A stretch of DNA of 64,000 bases. It comes from Malacoraja senta. Taxonomy: Eukaryota. Location of the stretch: contig JAXLNO010004994.1 of NCBI GenBank assembly GCA_038087875.1, positions 1 through 64,000 on the forward strand, in the 5' to 3' direction. Positions 37,402-50,755 of the stretch are shown here, one piece after another. The stretch's first letter is position 1. Each line of letters opens with the position of its first letter. The translations under genes and the position numbers were made by a program. Under the pieces are notes generated by a model. The model was given only the letters and a program-made list of their open reading frames with translations. It was not told the DNA's origin and did not search any database.

Positions 37402-39695
37402 TGTTTTATCCACAGTGACGAGGTCAGTACTTGTCAGTCTGTCGCTCAGCTCGTAGCTCTCAGATACAACCGCATCTCTCGAATAGCAACGACGAAGAAG
37501 GGAACAGGACTTCAGATCGTGAACCACAGCGAGCCAGCAGCAGCTCGACACGTTACAGTGTGAAAGGATCAGGGTTATATTTAACAAATGGTTGGGTCGG
37601 ATGATCACAGTCATACGTCACGGAAACAGGCCATTCTCCCCAACGCGTTAGACCAATGTGCTCATCTAAGTTAGTCAGATTTTCCCACGTTCAACCCGAA
37701 ACTCCCCAAACCTTCCCCATACTTGGACCTGTCCAATGCTCGTTACATGTTGTTATTGCAGCTGCCTCAACCACTTCGTCAGGTATGATGTATCCGTTAG
37801 GATGCAGCGGCGATTATCTCTGTACTCAGAGTCTGTTAACACTGAACAGTGGTGGGAATAATGATAGACAAAAAAATTCATAAGGAACTCTGCGGGCCAG
37901 GCAGCACCTCTGGAGAAAATGGTTAGGTGACGTTTTGGGTCGGGCCCCTTCATGTAAACAATGATACATTGGATAAAATATGACATGATTTAGAATTGTA
38001 GAAACGTCTAAGATGTGTACACTTCCGGATCATTCCCTCTTGATGATTTTGTAAGTGGACCGGCAGATCAAAAATATAATAATTGGAACTTTTGTTTTTG
38101 CTTATTACTGTTGACAAGGGGCAAAACAGGAAGCTGGCGTTAGGAAGTAGGGGATTTTCACCTGAAATCAGCTGAGGTTAATTGGAGTTTGACCCTCTCC
38201 TCTCTGATTCAACTCTTCAATTCAAATTTGAAACACTATTGTCATGGTATTCACGTTTTGAAAATAGAAAATTAACGGTCTGGAGGACTGTGAAGAAGTT
38301 TGTCTAGAATTACCACAGGATGGAGATCAGCTGGGAAAGCGGGATGTGGAATGTAACTGACATGTGTAATGTAACTCAACAAGGGCGAAGTGATACACTT
38401 AATGAAGTTAAAGCAAGGTAGAATATGCACGGTGAATTGAATTATTAACTTGTCTTCTTTACAATGCAGAGCGAATACATTATCAGAGTTGTGTTCATGT
38501 TCATTCCATTGGCTGACTTTGTACATCTGCTTGCAACGATTTCATTCTGTAGGCAACTAGTTGCATTATAATATAACCTAATATCTGCTGCCGTCTATCG
38601 TTCTGGTGTGTCACTTTCAGTGGAACAGTGCCGTTTATTCGGGTTGTGTAAATCTGTGGCAATGTTGTGTATCACGTGGTATGGGTGTAATACACTGATG
38701 AGTCCGCCACTGGTGTTAGCTGAGCGTTGGCGACCCTCAGTAAAGGATCTTTTGTTAGGAGCTATTTCCTGTATACTTGCCCACCTAAAACACTGCAGAG
38801 AGGAACCGACGATGCAGCAAAACAATTGAATTCTGTCTACATTCGCCTTTGACCCATGACTACTGCAAACACTTCTCAAAAATTTATTAAGAAGCATCCT
38901 GATGCATAATTATTTATTTATCAGCGAAAACATTTTTTTCCAGGAAGTTGAATGCATATAACTTATTTTAACAGAGTATAAGACTTTTGAGCAGCAGAAA
39001 CCACGCAGAGGTTAAAACAATAGTTCGAAGGTGATGAAAGAAACCTTGGAAGAGGTGACAAACATTAAGACCAGTGCGGTAAATGAGTTTTGGAAACAGA
39101 TATGGTTTAGAAAGTTTGGAACATTGCTTTGAAGTCACTTTCATGAAATCGTTCGTTGAATTGCAAGAGACGTATATTCTGTCCAATTGATATCAGTTGA
39201 CAAAGCAGGATGATGCATAAATATTTCATCGCGGTGCAGAATTCACTCATTGATGGTGCAAGCTAGGAGACTTCATTCTAATTCGTGTGTCGAGTGGCGA
39301 GGTTCTGATTCATCGCGTCTCTGCAAAAGACAATGTGAAGTCATCAGACTCACTGACAGTGGGAACCACGCTTTATTTGACCCGACCACCCCCAACACAT
39401 GGCTGTCTGGAAGATGGACCCCAACGAATCCACACCGCGCACAGAAATCCACCCAGCACACGTACAACCTGACAAAACCACATGATATCATCTACATAGT
39501 GATTTGGTTTAACTTCAGGTTATGAAAACGTGCACGATTTTTGTTTCTATCAATGGACAGGATATTTGAAAGCATTAATGAAAACCGTTTGGATACATTC
39601 GGCGAAGAGAATTGATTGTTTTGGGCAGAGGGTGGTGAATCAATGGATTTCATTACCATAGGAGGCTGCGGAGGCCAAATCAATTCACTCCGGAG

Positions 39696-42600
39696 ATACA
39701 TAGCTACATAGATACATAGAAAATATGTGCAGGAGTAGGCCATTCGGCCCTTCGAGCCTGCACCGCCATTCAATATGATCATGGCTGATCATCCAACTCA
39801 GTATCCCGTACCTGCCTTCTCTCCATACCCCCTGATCCCCTTAACCACAAGGGCCACATCTAACTCCCTCTTAAATATAGCCAATGAACTGGCCTCAACT
39901 ACCCTCTGTGGCAGAGAGTTCCAGAGATTCACCACTCTCTGTGTAAAAAAGTGTTTCCTCATCTCGGTCTTAAAGGATTTCCCCCTTATCCTTAAGCTGT
40001 GACCCCTTGTCCTGGACTTCCCCAACATCGGGAACAATTTTCCTGCATCTAGCCTGTCCAACCCCATAAGAATTTTGTACGTTTCTATGAGATCCCCTCT
40101 CAATCTCCTAAATTCTAGCGAATATAAGCCGTCTATCCAGTCTTTCTTCATATGAAAGTCCTGACATCCCAGGAATCAGTCTGGTGAACCTTCTCTGCAC
40201 TCCCTCTATGGCTATAATGTCCTTCCTCAGATTTGGAGACCAAAACTGTACGCAATACTCCAGGTGTGGTCTCACTAAGACCCTGTACAACTGCAGTAGA
40301 ACCTCCCTGCTCCTATACTCAAATACTCTTGCTATGAAGGCCAACATACCATTCGCTTTCTTCACTGCCTGCTGCACCTGCATGCCTACTTTCAATGACT
40401 GGTGTACCATGACACCCAGGTCTCGCTGCATCTCCCCATTTCCTAATCGGCCACCATTTAGATAATAGTCTGCCTTCCGGTTTTTGCCACCAAAGTGGAT
40501 AACCTCACATTTATCCACATTATACTGCATCTGCCAAACATTTGCCCACTCACCCAGCCTATCCAAGTCACCTTGCAGTCTCCTAGCATCCTCCTCACAT
40601 CTAACACTGCCCCCCAGCTTAGTGTCATCCGCAAACTTGGAGATGTTGCTTTCAATTCCCTCGTCCAGATCATTAATATAAATTGTAAATAGCTGGGGTC
40701 CCAGCACTGAGCCTTGCGGTACCCCACTAGTCACTGCCTGCCATTGTGAAAAGGACCCGTTTACTCCTACTCTTTGCTTCCTGTTTGCCAGCCAGTTCTC
40801 TATCCACATCAGTACTGAACCCCCAATACCGTGTGATTTAAGTTTGTATCCTAATCTCTTATGTGGTACCTTGTCGAAAGCCTTCTGAAAGTCCAGTTAC
40901 AACACATCCGCTGGTTCTCCCCTATCCACTCTACTAGTTACATCCTCGAAAAATTCTATAAGATTCGTCAGACACGATTTACCTTTCGTAAATCCATGCT
41001 GACTTTGTCCAATGATTTCACCACTTTCCAAATGTGCTGCTATCCCATCTTTAATAACAGACTCTAGCAGTTTCCCCACTACCGATGTTACACTAAATGG
41101 TCTGTAATTCCCCGTTTTCTCTCTCCCTCCCTTCTTAAAAAGTGGGGTTACGTTTGCTACCCTCCAATACTCAGGAACTACTCCAGAATCTAAAGAGTTT
41201 TGAAATATTATCACTAATGCATCCACTATTTCTGGAGCTACTTCCTTAAGTACTCTGGGATGCAGCCTATCTGGCCCTGGTGATTTATCGGCCTTTAATC
41301 CATTCAATTTACCTAACACCACTTCCTGACTAACCTGGATTTCACTCAGTTCCTCCATCTCCTTTGACCCGCGGCCCCCTGCTATTTCCGGCACATTATT
41401 TATGTCTTAGTGAAGACGGAACCAAAGTAGTTATTCAATTGGTCCGCCATATCCTTGTTCCCCATGATCAATTCATCTGTTTCTGACTGCAAGGGACCTA
41501 CATTTGTTTTAACTAATCTCTTTCTCTTCACATATCTATAAAAACCTTTGCAGTCAGTTTTTATGTTCCCTGCCAGTTTCCTTTCATAATCTATTTTCCG
41601 TTTCCTAATTAAGCCCTTTGTCCTCCTCTGCTGGTCTCTGAATTTCTCCCAGTCCTCTGGTATGCTGCTTTTTCTGGCTAATTTGTACGCATCATCTTTT
41701 GCTTTGATACTATCCCTGATTTCCCTTGTTATCCACGGATGCACTACCTTCCCTGATTTATTCTTTTGCCAAACTGGGATGAACAATTTTTGTAGTTCAT
41801 CCATGCAGTCTTTAAATGCCTTCCATTGCATATCCACCGTCAACCCTTTTAGAACTAATTGCCAGTCAATCTTGGCCAATTCATGTCTCATACCCTCAAA
41901 GTTACCTTTCTTTAAGTTCAGAACCGTTGTTTCTGAATTAACAATGTCACTCTCCATCCTAATGAAGAACTCAACCATATTATGGTCACTCTTGCCCAAG
42001 GGGGCATGCACAACAAGACTGCTAACTAACCCTTCCTCATTACTCAATACCGAGTCTAGAATAGCCTGCTCTCTCGTTGGTGCCTCTACATGTTGGTTTA
42101 GATAACTATCCCGCATACATTCCAAGAAATCCTCTTCCTCAGCACCCCTGCCAATTTGATTCACCCAATCTATATGTAGATTGAAGTCACCCATTATAAC
42201 TGTTTTGCCTTTGTTGCACGCATTTCTAATTTCCTGTTTGATGCCATCCCCAACTTCACTACTACTGCTAGGTGGCCTGTACACAACACCCACCAGCCTT
42301 TTCTGCCCTCAGTGTTTCGCAGCTCTACCCATACCGATTCCACATCCTCCAAGCTAATGTCCTTCCTTTCCACTGCGTTACTCTCCTCTCTAACCAGCAA
42401 CGCTACCCCACCTCCTTTTCCTTTCTCTCTATCCCTCCTGAATATTGAATATCCCTGGATGTTCAGCTCCCAGCCTTGGTCACCCTGGAGCCATGTCTCC
42501 GTGATCCCAACTATATCATAATCATTAATTGCTATCTGCACGTTCAACTCATCCACCTTATTACGAATGCTCCTTGCATTAAGACACAAAGCCTTCAGGC

Positions 42601-42712
42601 TTGTTTTTACAACGGTCTTACCCCTTATACAATTATGTTGAAAAGTGGCTCTTTTTGATTTTGCCCTGGATTTGTCTGCCTGCCTCTTTTACTTTTCACC
42701 TTGCTACCTATT
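39696..42712 (-). mobile_element. About 3-kb CR1 LINE with endonuclease and RT, disrupted
   Basis: CLNARSIRNK..ITETWL (APE endonuclease), VVYRPP..GDFN, KSPGPD, GVPQGSVLGP and FADDTKL, split across frames. Confidence 0.93.
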
Positions 42713-42963
42713 AGCGGGACAGAGATACTGCCTGTCCCGCTGAGTTCAGTATTTTAGTACATATCCAAATCAATTGATATTTTTAAGCCGGAGATTTTCA
42801 TATTTCTTATAAATAAGGATGTCAAGGGTTATGGGGTGAAGGCAGGAGGATGGATCGGGAGCGAAGGCTAGAATAGTCGTGATTGGGGGCGGATTATATA
42901 TAATGGGCTGATTGGACCAATTCTGCTCCTATAATTTATGAACATGATGCTAATAAAACTTAC

Positions 42964-43054
42964 CTTAGAGCTTCTTGTGAACACCGCGGTTGAGATACTC
43001 CAGATCGCAAGCAGGAGAAAGAACAGCCAGCGCCCCACTTTCCATGAGATGTAA
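42964..43054 (-). CDS. Gene A transmembrane exon with basic residues (S-YISWKVGRWLFFLLLAIWSISTAVFTRSSK)
   Basis: Acceptor tctcttgccctttgcccag|T, donor AAG|GTAAGT; 91 nt, phase 2->0, matching the stalk exon. Arg at 43030-43032 and Lys at 43039-43041. Confidence 0.8.
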
Positions 43055-44062
43055 CTGGGCAAAGGGCAAGAGATACAGAATCAATGGGAGGAAACGAGAC
43101 GATTTATCTTTGAAACATTTACCTGTTATTTGCTTCATAATCTTAGTGAAGTGGAGCGGGGCGAAGCAGTAGAGCCAATGGAGATCATCTTGGATAAAGA
43201 ATGGGTGTTGGACTGGGGGGGGGCAACCTATGATCACCAATTACTGACCTCATTGCTGGAGCATATCTATAAGACTGGGTATCAGAGATTAGACGGTTAA
43301 ATGGATTCGGAGAAGACAGAGAAATAAGTCAGTAGATGGAGCAGTGAATTCAGTGACTACAGAGTAGATAGACACACAATGCTGGAGAAACACAGCGGGA
43401 GAGGTTTCAAGGTTCAATGTGTAAGGGAGCGTCAGTTAACACAGTTCGCTGTATTCGGTTGAATTCAAGGCTGTTTTCTCACTTTCTGCGCCACCGAATC
43501 TTTGCTGCATGACCCCACGTGTGACGTTTCGGGTCGAGACCCTTCTTCAGACTGGGAGTCACGGGAAAGGGAAACTGTGGATGTGTGAATGATACAAAGA
43601 ACAGTGTAATACCCTGGAAGAAAGAAACTGCAGCTGCAAGGAGATTATAATAAAATCCATATGGATAGATTAATTAAAAGGGATCAATTCTAATGGTGGA
43701 AGGGAGGTGGGACAATAAATATGGAAACGGATGAGGCCAAGTAATAAAATAAATTAAAAATGTTAATGCTTAATCTCGCCCCCTCGATATTACTTGGATT
43801 AACGCGGTAGGTGTGTGGATGGTGTGTGTTCGAAAAATCGGTTAAAGGTTCGCTCATAACGGCGTGCCTTTTATTAATATTCTTATTTCCTATCGCAAGA
43901 GTGTGATAGAAAGCCAGACCTATTTCAATTGTAACAAGATAAATAACAAAGTGTTCCCACTTTCATGACTGTATTATGATGGAATATTCAGGGATAATTT
44001 AAAAAAACAATGTTTTCAAGATTCAATGTGTAAGGGAGCGTCAGTTATTTATGAATGTTTTT

Positions 44063-46816
44063 TATTATTTTTTTTATTTTTATTTATTAGAAGTACATTA
44101 CATTACAACCACATACATTAATACTCGTCATTTGTATCTTCTTACAATTAATGTACTCCCTTTATTTATTTTTTTACACTAGAAAAGGAAAAGATTGAAA
44201 GAAAGAAGAAAGTGAAGGAAAAAGTGAAAGTGTAGAAAAGTGTAGAAAATGTAACAACAAAAAAGGACGAAGACCCTATAAGAGCGAAATTAAAAACAAA
44301 AGAAAAAGAGTTAAGAAATAGGCCCTAGGAAAAAAAAGAGAAAGAGAGAGAGGAAAAAAAAAAAAAAAAAGAAAAACAAATGTTTTTTTAAGCATTACGT
44401 AAATAGGACATACCAACTCTTCAACTATCATCCCCCCTTACCTGACCTCAATTTTTTTATATTTTTTAAAGTAATTTTGCACCCTATGTTTGTAATAATT
44501 CTATAAATGCAGACCACGTCAGGTGGAAGTGATTTGGTTTACCTGCTAGGAGGAGTCTTATCTCTTCTAGGTGTAATGTTTCAAACATATTTGAAATCCA
44601 CATATTTATAGTTGGTATTGGAGCCTTCTTCCAAAATTTTAGAATTAGCTTTTTTCCAGTTATTAACCCATAGTCCATTAATTTCTTTTGAAACACATTT
44701 AGTTCTGGATCATCTTCCGTTATTCCGAAGATAATCCATTCTGCTTTGGGTATCAGTCTTGTTTTAAATAACTTTGTAAAGATTTCAAAAATTTCATTCC
44801 AAAATTTTTGAATTTTTGTACAGAAGACGAATGAGTGCGCTATAGTAGCTTCTTGGGATTGACATTTATCACAAATAGATGATACGTTTGGGAAAATTTT
44901 ATGAATTTTAGTTTTCGAATAATATAATCTATGTAAAATTTTAAATTGTATTAAAGTGTGTCTTACATTAATCGAGCATTTATGCACGTTTAATAAGTAT
45001 TCATTCCAACTTTCCTTTGAAATTTTAATAGCTAACTCTTGTTCCCAGTCTCTTCTGATACCCTCCGTAGGTGGTATTTGTACATTTAAAATAATATTAT
45101 ACAAATATGATATTAAGTTTGCTGATTCCGCTTTTATCTGCATTGCCTCGTCCAATACATCTACTGGGTTATTATAATGATCTTTTGTATATTTTTTCAA
45201 ATAGTCGCATATTTGAAAATATTTAAAATATTGATTATTTCCGAGTTTATATTTTATTTGTAATTGTTGAAATGAAAGTAATTTTCCAGTTTCATACAAG
45301 TCACCAAGCGTTTTAATTCCTAGTCTATCCCATTGTGTATAAGCTTTATCTATAATAGAAGGACTAAACGAAGGATTATTGACTATAGGTAATAAAAGTG
45401 ATACATTTCTTAATTTTAAATTTTGTTTTATTTGTTTCCAAATACGGATTGTACTATGAATAATGGGGTTCTTATTATAATTTATGTTATTCAGTTTCAT
45501 TGGAGAGAGGAGGATCGCTCCAATGTTTCTAGAGGAGCAATCCTCTTTCTCCATTACAATCCAGTCTACTTGCTGGGCGGAGTTATCCATCAGTTGAATC
45601 ATGTTTTTAATATTTACTGACCAATAATAATACATAAAATTAGGTAGTGCTAAACCCCCCAATACTTTAGGTTTATTCAGATGAGTTTTTTGTATTCTAT
45701 GTGATTTATAGTCCCATATAAAATTAGTGATATCTGAGTCGAGTTTTTTAAAAAACTTCTTAGGTAAGTATATAGGAATTGATTGAAATAGGTATAAAAT
45801 TTGTGGTAAAAAGATCATTTTTATTGCGTTTATTCGACCTATTAAAGACATCGGGAGCGTTTTCCAGAATTTAATTAGTGTATTAAATTTATTAAGTAGG
45901 GGGTCAAAATTTGCCCTGAACATACCTTGATATGTTCTGGTAATTTCGATTCCCAAATATTTAAATTTTTCTGTAGCTATTTTAAAAGGGAATTTTAAAA
46001 GATGTGTTGAATCTTTCGGTTTTATTGACATAATTTCACTTTTATTCCAATTTATTCTATATCCAGAAAAAGATCCAAAGTCTTCAATTAAATTTAATAT
46101 ATTTGGTATAGTGATTTGAGGTTTTGTAATATACAGTAATATATCATCCGCGTGTAAAGATATTTTATTATATGAGTCTTTAGTATTATATCCATGAATA
46201 TCAGGGTGTATTCTAATTTTTTCTGCTAGCGGTTCAATAATGAGAGCAAACAGCTGTGGTGATAATGAGCATCCTTGTCTATTTCCCCTTGATAGTTGAA
46301 ATTTCGAGGATAATATGTTATTAGTTAGTATTCTAGCTGTAGGTTTGTTATATAGTAACTTAATCCATAAAATAAAATTCTCTCCCAGTTGAAATTTTTG
46401 TAATACTTTATCCATATAATTCCATTCTACTTGATCAAATGCTTTTTCAGCATCCAGCGAAATAATTGATAATTCTTGATCTTCAGATTTGTGTGAGTGC
46501 ATTATGTTGAGTAGACGTCTCATATTATTAGAAGAGTATCTCGTCTTAGGGATAAACCCTGTCTGATCTGAGTTTATTAATTTACTAATGTATTTACTTA
46601 ATCTTCTAGCTAATGTTTTCGCTAATATTTTTTGATCTGTGTTTAACAATGCTATAGCTCTATATGAACCAGGTTCTTCTAAATCTTTATTTTTCTTAGG
46701 TATTAATGTAATCGTTGATTCCGCTAATGTATCAGGTAGTATTCGTTTTTTAAAAGCGTATTGGTACATTTTTTGTAATCTTGGTATTAGTTTATCATAA
46801 GTTTATCATAAAATTA
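44063..46816 (-). mobile_element. 5'-truncated L1-clade LINE with an intact 761-aa ORF2 remnant
   Basis: RT motifs (SLDAEKAFD, GNRQGCSLSP, HADDILL, KYLG) and a C-terminal CDKC..H..C knuckle; A-rich tail; 14-bp target-site duplication ttatgaatgttttt at 44049-44062 and 46817-46830. Confidence 0.93.
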
Positions 46817-48126
46817 TTATGAATGTTTTTACTTGTATTTTAATGTTGCTGTTTTTTTACCTGCACTTTTTAGCTATTCGTATTGTTTTTATCAGGGACT
46901 GGATTTTTTATTTATTTATTTATTTATTTATTATTATTATTTTTGGAGTGTTTTTATTGGGGTTTTTTATGTGTGAAATGTTTAAAATGACGATAACGGT
47001 TGATTGATTGATTGATTGATTGAGTTAACTCAGTTCGCTATATTCGGTCTGATTCAAGATTTTTCTCACATTCTGCGCCAGCGAATTTTTGGTGCGTGAC
47101 CCCATCAATGGCAAGGTGTTGCCACAAGTGATATCAAGGGGGGTGTCTTAGCCCATAATTCATAATGCATTTACCTATCAGCACCACACCAGAGCAAGTC
47201 TCAACCAAGCTAAACTGCAAGACTTGGGTTTGGCAACTATATTCATCTCACAGCATGGGATGAGGTTAGTGAAAGAGAAGTCATGGTGAATACTGCAGGG
47301 AGCGCTCTCTGAAAAGCAGCAAATGGAAGAACTTGTTCTTATCATCCAAGCATGTACACAACACAATGAGATGTAAACCCAGTGTAATCCCCCTTCTGAA
47401 GAGTTAACTAATAATTGGTTTGCAAGTTAAATACATATTATTAACGCATATTTAAGAGATACATTTATATTTGGTGTCAGGCTTGAAACAATAGACAATA
47501 GACAATAGACAAGAGGTGCAGGGGTAGGCCATTCGGCCCTTTGAGCCAGCACCGCCATTCAATGTGATCATGGCTGGACGTACAGAGTTTGATTATGCTT
47601 CGATTTTTGGTTTCATTGGATCAAAGACCCATGGAGAAACACAGTATAGAAACAGGCCATTTGGCCCTTCTGGTCTGTGCCGACAGTCAACTACATTCAC
47701 ACGGATCCTCTGTCAATGCCATTTTTATTTTCCCCACTTTTTCATCAACTACCACTACCGTCCAACACCCTCCCTCCCTCCCCACCCCATCCCCTATCCA
47801 CAGATTAAACCGCTGTCCTGTACACACGGGGCAATTTACAACTGGCACATCTTTGGGAGCTGGGAGGAAACTGGAGCACTTAAATTAAACCAACACAATA
47901 AAAGGCAAAACATGCAGACCACGCACAGACAGCACCTAATGAACCAGGGTCGTGGCGTTGTGAGGCTGTGATTCTATCGGCTGTGCCACTGTGCATTCAG
48001 ATCAATACTCTCAGGGCATTTAATGCCAGTGAAAGGCAGGCACAAATCTCTCCCAAATAAAGCATTCCCAACCAAAACACCAGCAATTACTATAGTGTAA
48101 CTTCCACTGGAAACAGAGTGGTTTAC

Positions 48127-48175
48127 CTTGCAGAGTTATTGGATGTTATCGAATTTTCACAAGAATATTCATGAC
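48127..48175 (-). CDS. Gene A stalk micro-exon, downstream copy (G-HEYSCENSITSNNSA-S)
   Basis: tctttgttccaacag|GT ... AG|GTAAAC; 49 nt, phase 1->2. Confidence 0.8.
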
Positions 48176-49442
48176 CTGTTGGAACAAAGAAATAAAAGTC
48201 AGTTTCACTGTTTTTCACTTGCAGTTGAACAAAGGAGTATGGTTTTCCGATGTGAGTAGTTGATAGGCTTAAAAGACAGGATAATGTTTCTTCAGTGTGG
48301 GTTGAGTAAATGGGAGATGTTACGACAAGCAGGCGGGCTGGTAAAAACTCTGGCGCCAGGTGTAGACGGCACAGTGGCGCAGCGGTAGACTTGCTGCCTT
48401 ACAACGCCAGAGACCCGGGTTCGATCCTGAATACGGATGTACGGAATTTTTACCACCTCCCTGTGACCGTGTGGGTGTTCTCCAAGTGCTCCTGTCCCCC
48501 TCCACCTCCCCCCTCCCCATCCCCCCTCCCCCTCCCCCCCCTGCATTACAAAGTCGTGCACGTTTGCCAGTTCATTGGCTTTGTAAATGGTCTCCATGGA
48601 ACTAGTGTACTGGTGAATACTGGACGGTGTGCACCGAGTGGGTCGAAGAGCCTGTTTCCACGCTGTATCCATAAACTAATCTAAAGGGTGCAATTTCACT
48701 TGAGACTTGTGAGAAGTGTTGCTTGGGATGAAACATTGCAGTTATGGGGAGGGGTTGGATAGGGTTTTTTTATAAAATTCCATGCAGGACAGGTGAGGAA
48801 GGGGAAACCAATTACAGGTGTGCAAAAACTCTGAGCTGCATAGACAGTGGATTTTTGGGAAATGTTGCACGACAGATATGTGTAAATGTGGAGAACACAT
48901 GGTTAAGTTAAGGAGCAGGATGTTTCAAGGGTATCAAGAAATATTTTTAAACCCAGAAGGTGGAGGTACCTGAATTGCTGCAATGGACGAGGTGCTGGTA
49001 AATGGGATACCGTCGTCAAGGATTTAACTGTGGCCACATTTACTGATAATGTCTGAACCCTTACCATATCTGTGTATGGATCATGTGGTGGGAAAGTGAA
49101 TGTGCTTGGACTGATGTCACTGCAAACCTAGTTTAAAGCTGTGTAAATGCAAGAGGGAACTCTATACAGGATGCTAGCCTACACCAACACTAGGGATTCT
49201 ATTTCTGGAACCCAACAACCAAGTACTGACAAATGAGCCATAATTCCATATATTAATCTTGATAAATTAATTAAATAACGTGCAGGGATTTCAGGGTGAC
49301 GGAGGTTATGAGGAGAAAGCAGGAGAATGGGGAAGATAGATCAGCCATGATTGAATGGTCTATTTCTGCTTCTATCACTTGTAATCTGATGAACCCCCCA
49401 CCCGCACTTCCCCTTCTTCTCCTCATTCCCCCCACTACTTAC

Positions 49443-49541
49443 CAGTGCCGTTGATTTTCACTAGAAAACTGCAGGGCACGTCACTGCTGGAGATGGACAC
49501 GTTGACCATTTCACTGGATTTTGTTCCATTATTATTGGAGG
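49443..49541 (-). pseudogene. Duplicated 3' fragment of the C2a exon (donor intact, no acceptor)
   Basis: Identical to the 3' end of exon 52022-52342, cut at the duplication junction. Confidence 0.85.
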
Positions 49542-50706
49542 GTTTTTTATGTGTGAAATGTTTAAAATGACGATAACGGTTGATTGATTGATTGATTGAT
49601 TGAGTTAACTCAGTTCGCTATATTCGGTCTGATTCAAGACTTTTCTCACATTCTGCGCCAGCGAATTTTTGGTGCGTGACCCCATCAATGGCAAGGTGTT
49701 GCCACAAGTGATATCAAGGGGGGTGTCTTAGCCCATAATTCATAATGCATTTACCTATCAGCACCACACCAGAGCAAGTCTCAACCAAGCTAAACTGCAA
49801 GACTTGGGTTTGGCAACTATATTCATCTCACAGCATGGGATGAGGTTAGTGAAAGAGAAGTCATGGTGAATACTGCAGGGAGCGCTCTCTGAAAAGCAGC
49901 AAATGGAAGAACTTGTTCTTATCATCCAAGCATGTACACAACACAATGAGATGTAAACCCAGTGTAATCCCCCTTCTGAAGAGTTAACTAATAATTGGTT
50001 TGCAAGTTAAATACATATTATTAACGCATATTTAAGAGATACATTTATATTTGGTGTCAGGCTTGAAACAATAGACAATACACAATAGACAAGAGGTGCA
50101 GGGGTAGGCCATTCGGCCCTTTGAGCCAGCACCGCCATTCAATGTGATCATGGCTGGACGTACAGAGTTTGATTATGCTTCGATTTTTGGTTTCATTGGA
50201 TCAAAGACCCATGGAGAAACACAGTATAGGAACAGGCCATTTGGCCCTTCTGGTCTGTGCCGACAGTCAACTACATTCACACGGATCCTCTGTCAATGCC
50301 ATTTTTATTTTCCCCACTTTTTCATCAACTACCACTACCGTCCAACACCCTCCCTCCCTCCCCACCCCATCCCCTATCCACAGATTAAACCGCTGTCCTG
50401 TACACACGGGGCAATTTACAACTGGCACATCTTTGGGAGCTGGGAGGAAACTGGAGCACTTAAATTAAACCAACACAATAAAAGGCAAAACATGCAGACC
50501 ACGCACAGACAGCACCTAATGAACCAGGGTCGTGGCGTTGTGAGGCTGTGATTCTATCGGCTGTGCCACTGTGCATTCAGATCAATACTCTCAGGGCATT
50601 TAATGCCAGTGAAAGGCAGGCACAAATCTCTCCCAAATAAAGCATTCCCAACCAAAACACCAGCAATTACTATAGTGTAACTTCCACTGGAAACAGAGTG
50701 GTTTAC

Positions 50707-50755
50707 CTTGCAGAGTTATTGGATGTTATCGAATTTTCACAAGAATATTCATGAC
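50707..50755 (-). CDS. Gene A stalk micro-exon, upstream copy
   Basis: Identical to 48127-48175. Confidence 0.8.

Noticed and set aside
42770-42810. Possible terminal exon KYENLRLKNIN* (YxxL motif) for gene A
   Set aside because: It lies entirely within a decayed CR1 3' fragment, so acceptor and motif are likely chance. Gene A's terminal exon remains unidentified.
42965-43062. 43-kb hydrophobic ORF as a signal peptide, or the MESGAL... frame as a cytoplasmic tail
   Set aside because: The phase-2 acceptor fits the stalk exon only in the hydrophobic frame, and the real leaders are at 2056 and 37401.
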